A stretch of 63,514 nt of DNA, the filler included, from Intoshia linei (taxonomy: Eukaryota > Animalia > Orthonectida), in NCBI GenBank assembly GCA_001642005.1. It is 8 parts of 8 records of this genome, joined end to end, with 100 filler letters (N's around TTAATTAATTAA, not from the genome) between each part and the next. Parts side by side here need not be neighbours in the genome. Positions count along the whole stretch, not along the records: positions 35,072 to 56,665 come from LWCA01000635.1; 7 more parts are not named here. The stretch is one strand, 5' to 3'. The notes beneath the pieces are model-generated. The model was not told the DNA's origin, ran no database searches, and saw only the letters and a list, made by a program, of their open reading frames with translations. Below are positions 37,142-50,870 of this stretch, piece by piece. Positions within the stretch are counted from its first letter, which is position 1, and each line of letters opens with the position of its first letter. A program made the translations under genes and the position numbers.

Positions 37142-37966
37142 AAATTTCAAAAATGAATTTGAACAATATAAATAAAATAATGAACTTCCATAATCTTTAC
37201 AATGGCGTAGTCACAATTTTACAAATAATCATTTACTATTAAAAACATTCTTTATTACATTTATTATATACTATATTTATATATATTTATTATTTATATA
37301 ATATTATATACTTTGTAATTAGAATTATTACATCACAATGAATTGTTAAATAAATAATTTCGAATATAAAAATAATAAATATTTAATTTTTTATTAACCA
37401 TGAACTCTTAACTTTTTAACATTGACATTTTTATGTATGTTAACTGAAAAAAACTATTAAATGTGATCTTTTTTAAAATTTGAGGACTTAAATTTTTTTC
37501 GTTATTTAAAATAATGGTTAATTTCTGGTTTTGGTTGTGAAATATTAGTTTTTAAAATTGAAATGAATGATAATGCTCATGATTTTACAGTCTGTATCAG
37601 CGTTTATTTTTGAAATGCAATGACTCGTTTGATTTTTAAAAAATGATAATTGAGGTTTTTGACCCTGAAGGACTCCATTACTCAAAATGAAGTTTGCCAT
37701 AAAATATCACCCTTGAAAAACTGTATTAGACATTGGTATTTTGAAAACTCTATACCTCTGAAATTCTTAAATAAATCGTAACAAATAGATATACATACAT
37801 TTTTAGTTAAATTGATTTATATAAATTATTGATATCGACTAATATTATTCATAGTAAATCGCGCTAGAGTCGTCACTGCTTAATCATCTTTTAATAAAAA
37901 CTACTTTAATTTAACGCATTGCGCATAAACAATTATTGGTAATTTTCTTAATATCTGTTGTTTAGC

Positions 37967-40900
37967 TAAAGAAGTATCAAATGTCGAAAAACTTATAAAT
38001 GAAAAGGGAGATCAAAAAGTAAATGGTCGTACAAAAGTGAAATCTTTGAATCAGAGTTTGAACGGTTTCAAAACTATAATTTTATTGTTTTTGATTATGA
38101 ATAAAAATGAATTTAGAACGTCAAGTTTTAAAGGAATTAACCATTGATAATGATTGTGATAGCGGATCTGATGATGTTATAGTTAAAAAAAGAAAGCGTA
38201 TTATTATGGAATCGGATAGTGAAGGTCATTTTATTATAATTAATTTATAATTTTACAGATAAATAAAATGTAGATTATTTAATGTAAATAATACATTTAA
38301 TCTCAAAAGTTTAGATCTGGACTTTGAAAGTGATGTAGTAATGAGATTAATTATAATATTATAATATTATTGTGAATAAATTAAAATTTGTAGGAATTTA
38401 ATGAGACTAGTAATAAGAAGGCTAAAAATTACGACATGAGCGAATACAGCTTAAATGAATCTAACATTTCTACTCATGAAAAGATTATAAAAAAGAATAA
38501 AGTAATTTAATCATATATTTTTTTAAAAGTAACAGTAAATTGTACAATTTTAATAATTTATACAAATGTATTAAATTATAAATAATACTAGATATTGAAC
38601 AAAACTAAAAGTGTAGAAAATAAATACGGCGAAAAACACCATTTATCTATGTGGTTTTTGAAAAATGATAAAATGTATTTAAAGTTTTTTTAATAACATA
38701 AATATATTAAAAGTATTACTGTTATTTTTAAAAATTTTAGTCGAGATGCTAATGGTAGATCAAAAAATGACCCAGAATATGACTTTCGAACTCTGTTCGT
38801 TCCGTCATCTTTCATGTCATCGATAACACCGGTAATTTAATGTATATATTATTTTATTTCAAATGGTAATTTTCGTATACCAAACGTTAATCATAGCTAA
38901 TTTATGAAATTCATATACGAATTATTATTTTTAAATGTTCACTTTTTTAGACAAACAGACAATGGTGGGAAGTAAAATCTAAAAATTTTGATGCAATTTT
39001 GTTTTTTAAAATTGGAAAATTTTACGAACTCTTACATATGGATGCATTGATAGGAGTTAAAGAACTCAGTTTATCTTTGATGCGGGTAAAAATTAAATAG
39101 TACGCGATTCACGTTCTTTTTAGGGTGAATATTCTCATGCTGGTATATATTTACATTTTTTTATTATTTTAATTTTTAATATGTAATGTTTACTGTAATC
39201 TATAGGTTTTCCTGAAATGTCTTTTGGTAGATTTGCAGAAATACTTATTACGAGGGGATATAAAGTTTTGCGTGTGGAACAAACTGAAACTGTGACCAAG
39301 ATGAATGAACGAATGAAATGTAAATTTTTTTTTAGATTTGTTTTTGAGTTAAAAGCACATTACTAAAAGAACTTGGTATTCTTTTTACAATTCACCAATC
39401 CTCTGCATCGACATAATTTGTAAATTTTTGGAAACTTTAAGTTATGAAAGATTTTATAATCAGAATCATTAGTATTATATGATGTTTATACCATTTCTCT
39501 ATTTCGCCAAAATTATCAACTATGAAAAATTGTACAAGTCTCAACTGCGATCACAACAGTCATTGGCGAATTAGAGAGAGAATAGTTTATATTGATATTT
39601 ATTGATATGTATTCATTTAGCCTCTGTGAAAGGTAAAAAATGCGTAAATAGAGAAGTTTGTCAAGTTTTAACTAGTGGAACCCGCACTGCGTCAGTTTTT
39701 ACACCATTAAGTCAATATAAATACAAATCCAATTATTTGATGGCTATTTGTGAAAGTGTACGTATTTTAATTTTATAAATTTTTATTTTTTTGTTTGATA
39801 AAACTAATATTTATATAGTATTTATTAAAATTTACGGTCAAACTTTATATATTTTTAAGATATTGTCTTTATTATATTTACGTTATTGTATATTAATCAT
39901 TTAGAAGCCTGACGATTCTCATGAATTTGGTGTCATGTGCTTGGATACTTCTATTGGTCATTTTTATGTAATTTTTAAAAATTTTTTATATTCATGAAAT
40001 GGTCTGTTGCGAAAAAGGGTCCGCTTTTTAAGAATTTAAAAAATTTTATTTCACCTTTGTTCTAGTATAAAAAAAAAAACCGTAATTTGACGCCACTGTA
40101 CTATATTATTTTTTTATTAATTATGTGTTTTTTGAAACTTTCTATGGTCTTCCCTGGTCTTAACACGGACAATGCAAAAAAATATTATATTTGTATTTTA
40201 TTAGGTTGCTAGTTTTAAAGATGACAGACATACATCAAAACTGCGAACCATGATATCTCGATTTAAGCCTTCACAGGTTAATTGAACATTTTTATTGTAC
40301 ATTTATTAATAATTTTATAAGGTTTTGATTGAGAGGACAAATTATTCTGAAAATTTTAAAACGATGTTGAAAACAAATTTATCACATGTTTATATTGAAA
40401 AATTAAAAAAGAATACTGAATTTATGTCTTTTGATGCTGCAATTAATGCAATTAGAAACAATTCTTGTTTATATTGGCCCAATTCAAAGGAAAATGAATC
40501 TGATTTACCTCAATATGTTTTCGATGTTTTAAAAGGTTTTTTGATTGCAGTTATAGTTATAGTATACAGTATTCTCTCTATAACTCGCCATTCTTGGGAT
40601 TTAGAAAAAGTTGGAGAGTTAAAGAATTCAAAATTATAGAAACAGTAGATAAAATCTTTAAATTAAAGGTTAAATTGCAATAAAAAGTAAATTGTAATAA
40701 AAGTTGTAAAATTTAACCCTTAAAAGACTATGGCATGTATATTAGGGCGGTGGTTCCAAAAAAATATATTGCGACCCCCCTAACAGTATACAAATATTTT
40801 TAGAAAAGATCAATTAGTACAAAATAGTAAATATGTGTATTATATTATATGCAATTTATATTATAACAGCCATTAAAAAAATGTTATCTTTTAATATTAC

Positions 40901-43900
40901 TGGTTTTATTTTGGTTATAAATCATTCTATAATATAGTTGACACTCTAGTTACTATATTTAGAGAAGAGTTACTATTTGAGTCTAGTATACAAATAATTG
41001 TAAATTTTTGATTGTTCTTTTTTGTATATAAATTTATATACTTTGTATATGTATTATTTCTCGTAAGGGTTAAAAACATTTAAATTTATTAGAATCCGAA
41101 TTTCAAGAATATATTAATTAAATATCAAATACTAAATCAAATTGATGTTAAAAATTCTAATTTAATTTTAAAATATTTTATTTAACATGTGGGACCAAGC
41201 CCCATTTTGTAACCACTGTACTAGGATGTTAACTTTTTTTAAATCAAAAATACAGGGTACTACAGGGTGAGAAATATACATTTAAAAGTCGTGGTTTATT
41301 TTGTTAAGCTTACATTTTAAAAAGTTCCGGCCACCCCAAGAAAATTAGTTATTATAAATATATTTTTTAAAACCTTAACATTTAATGTATATTAATTGTT
41401 GTAATCATAGTTTTTATTTTTTAATTTTATATTAATTTGGATAATGCAGGGGTTATCACTGTTTTTGCGGCGAACCGGTAATAAATTGTAAAATTTATTG
41501 CAGATTTTTAAAGCGAAATTACTACTATTAAAAAAAATTGATAAAAAACGTAATAAATTGACTTCTAATTAGTAAAAAAATTTTTCACAATTATTTCGTA
41601 AACCGGTAAATAATTTTCAGGGACCAGTACTGTTCCGCGGACCAGAATTTAGGAAACGCTGGATAATTTATCACATGTCGTATAATAACTCTTATAATCA
41701 TAAATACCGTTCTGCGAATCTAGTAGTAATGGCTTAGACGAATGGATTTTTTCTATGCTTTATTTCTCTAGAAATCTGTACGCAGGTACCCGTTGTAAAA
41801 TACATTATTGGAGGATATTTAACAAAGATTGAAATTTCGAGATCTACAGCATTGTAAATCTGATATTTAAGAATTTGGATTAACTTGGATGAAATTAAAT
41901 CTCTGCTCAATTTGAATTAACTGATAAAAATAGTTTTTGAGAGTGATATTTGTTTATTTTTGGGGTTTTACTGTTAGTTTCTTTGCATTATCAGTATGTT
42001 GTATATGTATTTAATATTAATTAGGTGTAATTGACCCAACAAAATTGAAAAAACTGGAAATTCAGTGTTTGGGGAGTATTTTATGGTAAATTTTGAAATT
42101 ATTTATTTAAATTCTTTGACTAAAATCTAAAATGATTTTTTTAGGTATTTAAAAAGGTGTTTAATTGATGAACAAATATTTTCATCAGCAGTTTTTGAAC
42201 AAGTTGATATGGACCAATTTGATAGCCAAAATTCTCATAATTTAAATAATATGGTAAATAATACTAGAGGACACCAAATCACTACTCGCGATACATTTTT
42301 TAAACAGTCAATTCCTCCGATTAATTTTAATTTAACGTGGAAAATACTGAAATTATACTATTTTCATTTTAAGATTTATGATAGGATCATTGATCATATC
42401 TACATTCGTTATTGTTATAAAATGAATTTATCATTTTATTTATTCTAAATATTAGTTAAACACCTCGAAATTTTTACGATGTAATATTAGTTTTTTATCT
42501 GAGCAGCAAATGTTTTATTTATGGTTACCCTTACACGGGAAACAAAAATTTTGGTGGAAATTGATTTAGATACTTTCAGTAATATTAAAGATATTACTAA
42601 AGTAGTATTATAGCACTGTCACATGATCTAGATATGTCCCTTATGGGATCTAACAAGAAAATACGGACGTGTGTGAAATTTTACGGGCATTAATATATTT
42701 ATTTTTTAATTATATTATAAATTTTTATAAAATTAGTTTTTCATGATTCATTGTTTAATTATAATTAATTAATTATAGACTTATTGTATTTATTAACTTG
42801 ATTTACAAAAATAATAATAAAATATGTGAGTATAATTATATTAAATAGGTTTTGGATTCCGTCACATTAGCAAATTTAGAATTGCTGGAAAATAACACTG
42901 ATAAATCTACCAATTATACTATGATGGGTGTTTTGAATCGTTGTTCAACCAAATTTGGTAATAATAATGTTAATAATACATTTATTAATATTAATAAATA
43001 TGACGTAAGTGTCCCTCAAAATCATTAAAATATTTTGTCTAAATGGCCATTGAATAAATGTAGATTTAAATAAATTATGTTATTATCTGATGTGGTTGTA
43101 CACATGATTGTTAAAAACTATTTTGTATTTGGAAATAATTGAAATCTTATCGGTGATATAGCGTTTCTAATCAATTGCATCAATAAAAACGACATAACTC
43201 TGTGAAACACCTAATACGTGATTATATTCCTAATATTTTTTTTTATCTATTTTTTTGATGATACATTATATTCATTCTATTAATAATATTTACGAATCGC
43301 GACAATTTTTTATCTATGGGTTCTGATCCGTTTCGCAGTTTTGTATAAAATTCTTCCATTTTTGTAGTATTTTTATTTTCCAATTATAGGCCAACGTTTA
43401 TTAAAAAATTGGATTAGCCAGCCTCTGTATAATCCTAAATATATCAATGAAAGACTAGACGCGGTAACTGAGTTGATTCAAAATAAAGAGTGTATGAATG
43501 GTTGGATTGAAATTTTAAAAAAGTTTCCCGACATGTGTCGTCTGTTATCTAGGTAATTTTTATTTTAAAATTTTTTATATTGTTTAGAATTAACGTTTAT
43601 GGTACCAAAAAACATGTTAATCACCCAGATAATCGAGCTGTCTTATTTTCTCAAAATATTTACAAGTTTATATTTTTTTTTGTTTATCATTTTTATTTTA
43701 GTAAACGAAAAATTAAAGAATTTATTCGTTTAATTCATTCTTTTGATAAAAGTCTTGAATTGGTTAAATCAATCCGAACAATTTTAAGTGATGAAAGGTT
43801 TTTCGTTTTTCCCATTTTAATTAAATTGATTATCAATACAACACACATTAGATTGTAATAATTACATGCAATCTGAAATGTAAGATTTGCAATAAGACAT

Positions 43901-46900
43901 TCAAATCAAATCTAATTTCACATTTATTTTCCTGCATTAAAAATTGACATTGAAGAAAAATTTTAACATTATTTTTTACAGGGATCCAAACTTTATATGT
44001 GCACTCAGGTCTACATGCACCACGTTGAGAATATCTGCATTAAGATACATGTAGATTAGAGTATCACATCAAATATTTTTTTTAAGAAATTCAAAAACAT
44101 ACCCAGTAGATTAGATGTAATTTGATAAAAAAATGACAATCCGATGACTAATTTTGAAAAATACTCATTAATGACTCAGCGTTGATCAATTAATTAACAA
44201 AAAATAATATATTTTGGGTTAAAATTTATAAAATCTTTTACTTTTTTGGTATATTGCGTTGAGGATATATAAATTTTGGTTGGATTATGACAATCTTAAG
44301 TCTCTTATAAAAGTAAACTAAAATTTTTGAAATGATAGACAAATTTCTACATTTAACCCTTCACAAACACCAAAACAAAATGATAAATACAGCTATAATT
44401 TTAAAATTTTTTTTATATTATAGAATAACGTCAATGGTGCATGACGCAGCCTAACATTATTTATTAAAATATACAAACATTATTAAATTTTCAATACAAA
44501 CGAATCATGAATTTAAGTTTTTGTAAAAAAAAATTAAGAAAAACATGAAAATAAACTTAAATTTAGCTGTTTTTTGTTAATTACTTAATTGATCAACGCT
44601 GAGTCATTAATGAGTATTTTTCAGAATTAGTCATCGGATTGTCATTTTTTTATCAAATTACATCTAATCTACTGGGTATGTTTTTGAATTTCTTAAAAAA
44701 AATATTTGATGTGACACCCTAATGTATTTATATTTATTATTGTATTATGTACCATTGGGCATTGAATCCGGTGTAGAATATAAACATCATTCTGAACATA
44801 TTTTGTGTTCAATATAGAATGTTATAGAGTAACCGTTATTTATTTATGTTAATTTTTTTATTAAAGTTCAATTTTGCTTAAAAAACTTTTTGATTCTAAA
44901 CTGGAATGTATGTATCCTGATATAGAAGAGAAAATTTTGTTTTTTAAAACGTTTTTCGACCACGAACATGCTCTGAAAACTGGAAATATCATTCCAAAGC
45001 CAGGTATCAATTAGTTGATTGTAGTTACACGTTTTGTATGTGTATTTATTGGTATTTATTTTTTAATCGTCATTTAGGCGTAAATAAAAGGTATGACCAA
45101 GAAATTATGGAATTTGAAGAATGCATAGACGAAATTGAAGAGTATAAAAATGGTTTAGAAAGGGAATATGGAACGAAAGTATTAATTATATTTAATATAG
45201 TCATAATTATTATTATACTTAATATTAAGTTGTTGGAGGAGTTCATGGATTTTTTTATTCATTCTCCTATTTAATCGTGTCTTTATTCGTATCTTAAATC
45301 ACATTTTATTAATCATTTATCATTTTTTGATCATTAACAAGGTTTGACCATATGACTTTAAAATAGATGATATACATTAGGGCAGTGGTTCTTAACCTTT
45401 TTTGACCTATGCACCCCCAAATATTGATCTTAATGACTGTGCACCTCTAATTAAAAATTAATTAATACAATATTAATTATAAATGAAGTGTTAACTAGTT
45501 ACTTAAATTAAACGGATAAAATTAAAGCTGATTTGGTCATAATAATGGTCGTGGAGAGCCAGCAGTAGGCCTGGGCGATGGAAAGTATAGGCCCCTTTAA
45601 AAATATTTTTAAAAATGGACCTCTATACATTAATTAATCGAACGTTCATTATCTAAAAATTAAAAATAACTATTGGAAATCACATTGATTATCGAAATTA
45701 TGATATACATAAGAAATGTTTTATCAATACCTAATAATAAATTAAAAAAGTAGGCCCTCATAATTGTAAACACGGGACATATGATTCTGTCTGTGCTTAC
45801 TTCAAACCTTTATAAAGATGAAAACGTGTCAACTATCATATCCACTATAAGCTTTGTAAGTACTACTGCAATATCCTGTAGATATACTATCTATTTTCCA
45901 TTGAAAAATATCGGCAAATGTAGTAGCATCGGTCATACCACCAAATTCATTAATCAAAAATAGACTATTTAACTATAATGTTAAAGACTCAGAAAATAGA
46001 CGAATTAAGTAGTAACGGAAAACTTTTGCATAACAATTGATCAAATTTATTTAGATAAATTTTAATGGCGTGCATTTATCGCGTCAGTATTTTTCTTATT
46101 GATTTGTCAGTAGAAACATTGATTTTTCAGTATTGTAGATGGTTTGTTAGTATTTTAGGTGCCAATTGACATTACATATACTGTCAGTATTTAAATTGAA
46201 TGTTCTGTATAAAATGAAACTGACAAAAAATTTTATTTCATAAAAAAATATTCTCTCGTGTGAACACCATAGAATATTTCTAATTTTTTTGTAATATGGT
46301 TTGTAGGTATAATATGGTATCTTAATAATTGAGTTTTAACTTGGGTCTGTGGTGGATGATATATTATTTCAAATACTAGATTTTTATTTTTATACTGACA
46401 CTCCAAAATCATCAAACTTACAATTGAATTTTTTTACTGACAAAAATACAATTATATACTGACAAGAAAGCAATCAAAAACTGATAAATATGTAATTGAA
46501 TACTGACAAAATACTTTTTATTACTGATATTTTAGTGTGTATACTGACAATTTTATGTTGAAAATATAGAAAGTTTTTTATTAAAAAATGTAATTAACAC
46601 TGTCAGTGAGGTTTGAGTGTTTTATATTCTTATGATTACGTGGGAGGTTTGACTTTATGCTATTATTGCATAAAACACCGAAAAGTAAATGCACTGAAGT
46701 TTTTCGGTTTCATCTGCATCATTACGATAGGTAAAACCAAATTAAGTAATTGTTATTTCATTGTCTTCTTTTAGACATCCTTAGAAAAGGTTAAAAACTC
46801 TATGATAATTTATATATTGAAATATATAATTTGTATACCTTAAAAAGTTGAAAATATAAAATTAATTTGATAATTAAATGATTGTGAATAAATTCAATGA

Positions 46901-49900
46901 GCGTTAATTATTAAATTAACTTAATAAGTATTAACAAGATGAAATTATGTCTTATATCTAATCTTTTTGTTGATAATAAAAATATTAATTATGTAATTTC
47001 ACTCATTTAGAAAAAAATTGAAAATAGCTCTGTGCACCCCCGGTTAAGAACCACTGCATTAGGGTGTTTCAAAATTTGAAAAATTTTGTTATTGGTAACA
47101 ACTTTTAGGTCACAAGTTGTGAAGTTTTGATCATGAACACATAATCAAAAAAAAATTTTTTCACAACGAATGAAGTGTCGCACGCAATTTAAATTTCCTA
47201 TATAAAACACACCTGATTTTCATTAATTTTTTAATATTCCTTATTTACATTGTTAAAATGAAATAAAACATTAATTATTGTAATTTTTTGCTCATTGGTA
47301 CTAAGTATATCTGCTGCTACTTGTATCCATGGTATTTTAATATAAAGTCATATTGATAGTATATATTAAAGTGTTGTGTATTATGTATTATGTATTATTT
47401 CATATTTTTACAAATTTTGTCATTGGCAACAACTTTGGATAACAGGTTCTAAAGTTTTTCACAGTAATACTTAAAACCAGAAACAAAATTATTTTTTAAC
47501 AAATAATCAAGTTGCTCAGGGTGTTTTTAACTTATTTACCCTAATAAAAATACCATGCGGCACTTCATTTAACGTTCAAATTACTTTTTTGATCGGTATT
47601 AAGTATTCTTGTCAAAAACTTTATAACTTGTAACCTGAAGCTATTGCAGTTTTTTTATTTTTAAAAATGAGAAAAACCCAATATTAACCATTTAATGTTT
47701 ATGTTCCATTAACGGAACACTAGATTTAATACAATATAATGACTAAGTTATATCATTTTTCATTATTATAAAGATTAAATTTGATAAATTAAAATCTCCG
47801 CTTCTTATGGAATTGACATATTTTTATTTTCATAATTAATTATATATACAATTAACGGTTGAATACAACTGAAAAAACATATTAAATAATATTAAAGTTA
47901 ATTTAGTAATAATAATAATAAATTTATGTATTTTACAAAAAATATTTGTTTTATATTATGTTACCAATGTTCCATTAATGGAACACCTATAATTAGCGCT
48001 TATTAATTGACTTAAAAAAATTATTCGAATTGAATTATTGCTATTAACAAAGTTTATCATGTATGAAATGTAAATATAATTCAAAATAGTAACGTATCTG
48101 GGTGCGGACAGTAAACGGTAAAGTTAATCACAAATATTTATATTTTGGTTTTTTTTGATATGTTAAAAGACGTTTAAAAATCAAAATAATTAAGATACAG
48201 CGTAATTTAAAAATTTTAAATGTATAGTGGGAGCAGACTAATTAATTTGATAGCACGGTTAACCTTATTTACAAAGAAATTCCAGTGGTTTAGTGAATAA
48301 AGTTCAGATTTGATTCGTATCGAAAATTTTTGTATGAGATTATAAAAATGATCTGCGACACTTCAAAACGAATTTTTATTGAAAATGTTTTTCGACATGG
48401 TGATTTCTATACCAAATTAAACCTAATTTTACCTAAAGTTTTACATAGTTTGATTTAGTGAAATATCCTAGTATACATATTAAAATGTAATTTTTGGAGG
48501 CACATTTAAATATGTATTGGAGAACAGCATTTTTGAATGTAAAATATGTATACATTATTCGGAATGATTTATTCCTTTTAGATTAAATATACTACATCTG
48601 GAAAAGTTCGATTCCAACTAGAATTTCCAGCTACTATTAAAGTAGATGATAGGTTCACATTAACCTCCTCAAAAAAGGGATTCAAGAGGTATCATACAGA
48701 GCATATTAAAGAATTAGCTGTGAAATTGGCTGACATTGAAGTCAAAAAAGATGTTGCATTGAGTGAATCTATGCAGGTGGCATTTGCTCAATTTTATTCA
48801 GAGTAATTTTTTACATTTTTAAATTTATTATTTATCATTGAATTTAGTATATCTATTTGGAGCCGAGTCGTAGAGAGTATTTCTATTTTCGACGTTTTGT
48901 TGAGTTTTGCTTTAATCAGTATGAACGATAAGTTTTCGAAACCACATTTGGAAATGTGCCGTAAAGATAAAAACCATCAGTGTTGTATTCATATCGAAGA
49001 GGGATATCATCCCTATTTAGTTGATAGCCCTGAATTTATACCTAATGACACTTTTTTGAATGTTACTGTAATATTTTATTGACAATTCATTTTATGAATG
49101 CTATTTAGATTAATGATAAGTTTCACGGCAACTTTTTAATGATAACAGGACCAAACATGGGAGGTAAATTTTTATATTTCTTTTTTATAAATTATAATTT
49201 ATGTATTGTTACTTATATACTTAATATAATATTTAATTTAGGAAAATCGACTCTGATGAGACAAGTTGGTTTGATGGGTTTATTTATCAAATTTTTTAAT
49301 ACAAAAATTTTTAGTGATAATGGCTCAATTGGTAGAATAGGTTGAAATGTTTTTAATTATAAAAAATTTAGGGGTGTTATGTTCCTGCCGCAGTTTACAA
49401 AGCATGCCCAGTAGACAGGGTTTTTACACGTTTAGGAGCTAGTGATCGTATTTTATCCGGTAATTATCGGGTCCAATGTATAAATAATAATTTATGTTAG
49501 GAGAAAGCACATTTTTTGTAGAACTTAGTGAAACAGGGTGTATGTTGGATCATGCGACAAATCAATCATTAGTATTGTTGGATGAACTTGGTTTTTGTTT
49601 AATGTTTTTTGTTATTTATGATTAGGCCGTGGAACTTCAACGTATGATGGAGTTTCTATAGCTTATGCTGTTGTGAACCAAATTAATACTATTAAATGCC
49701 GCACACTTTTTTCTACTCATTATCATTCGCTTATTGACGACTTTAAGGACAATCAAAATATGGATCAAGCTCACATGGTAAAATCTATATTTTGATTGGA
49801 AAATAAATGTAAATTGTACCAATGTATATCTGATCCCCATAATTTATCTGGTTTCAATTTGTAATTTATACCTGGAATATGGTCAGCTACGTAAAATGGA

Positions 49901-50378
49901 TATTTCCATTCTTGTTTACCCGTAGGAAGGATGGATGTTGTTGTATTTTTTTAGAGTTCTCAGATTATGTTACATTTATATTTTATCTTAAACTACATGT
50001 AAATGTTTTTCCTAGTCTTACCTAAAAAATGATGCAGATGATGTTAAAGAAATAACATTTTTATATAAATTGGCTCAAGGTCCATGCGATTTAAGTTACG
50101 GATTTAATTCAGCTGCTATGGCAGGAATACCACTCGAGGTAATTTATATTTTTTTATTTGTATCTAGTTATTTAGATTATCAATGTTGCTAAAAGTAAAG
50201 CTTGTGAATTTCAAGAAGAAAGATATATATTGGAAGCTACAAGGTTTTTTTAAGATTTTATTTTACAATATTCATTTTGTAAATTTAATTTAGGTTGCTG
50301 CTTTCTACTCAAAATTTTAAAGATAATATAAATTTAAATCAAATAATATCTATTATTGATAAATTGTGTATAAATTAA
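37967..50378 (+). CDS. MSH6: DNA mismatch repair protein MSH6 (many small exons; 5' end unresolved)
   Basis: [21 protein letters not shown]; [24 protein letters not shown] (FxE mismatch motif); HAGFPE; Walker [15 protein letters not shown]; FTRLGASD; ESTFFVEL; [14 protein letters not shown]; FSTHYH; SYGFNSA; stop at 50376-50378. Confidence 0.96.
40717..41069. mobile_element. piggyBac-like MITE in an MSH6 intron
   Basis: TTAA|CCCTTAAAAGA ... TCTCGTAAGGG|TTAA. Confidence 0.55.
44057..44721. mobile_element. Foldback element with ~145-bp TIRs in an MSH6 intron
   Basis: 44057-44200 is the reverse complement of ~44571-44721. TAG(A/G)G termini; imperfect 8-bp TSD ATGTAGAT/ATGTATTT. Confidence 0.85.
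45383..47056. mobile_element. 1.67-kb non-autonomous hAT element in an MSH6 intron
   Basis: Perfect TIR CAGTGGTTCTTAACC and perfect TSD CATTAGGG (45375-45382, 47057-47064). Internal ACTGAC/GTCAGT motif arrays. Confidence 0.9.
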
Positions 50379-50870
50379 AATTAATGTTACTAAACGTTAT
50401 TTTTAATTACATTATAAATTTACACAAATTTTTAAAAAAGTGCTTTTAAGTATATTAGAGTAATTGTATAAAACGCACGTGTGTAAATTCTTAATCATTT
50501 TTTCGTCTCAGTGTGTAGTTTCCCATGATTCACAGGTTTCGATAGCATTCTATTTAACCATAAAATTCAGTGAAAAGAAAATTCTAGGATACATGTCCAT
50601 TATGATGTTCAAATCTCATTGTTTGTTGGAACGAAAATGCTTCAAATTTATCCTTTGTCTACTTTTTATTTAGTAATTAAGAATTCGAAAGATGGACAAT
50701 TATTATTAAAAATGAAAAAAAAATTTTAGTTTTTTAAAATTATAAATTTGGCGTGCCACGCTTTCAAACTTTTTCATTATCTTAAATTATAAAAAAATGT
50801 AATTAACAACGAATTTACAATTAAACACTTAAAAATATAAAGTTTTAATAAAAGAAATTCAACAATAAAT

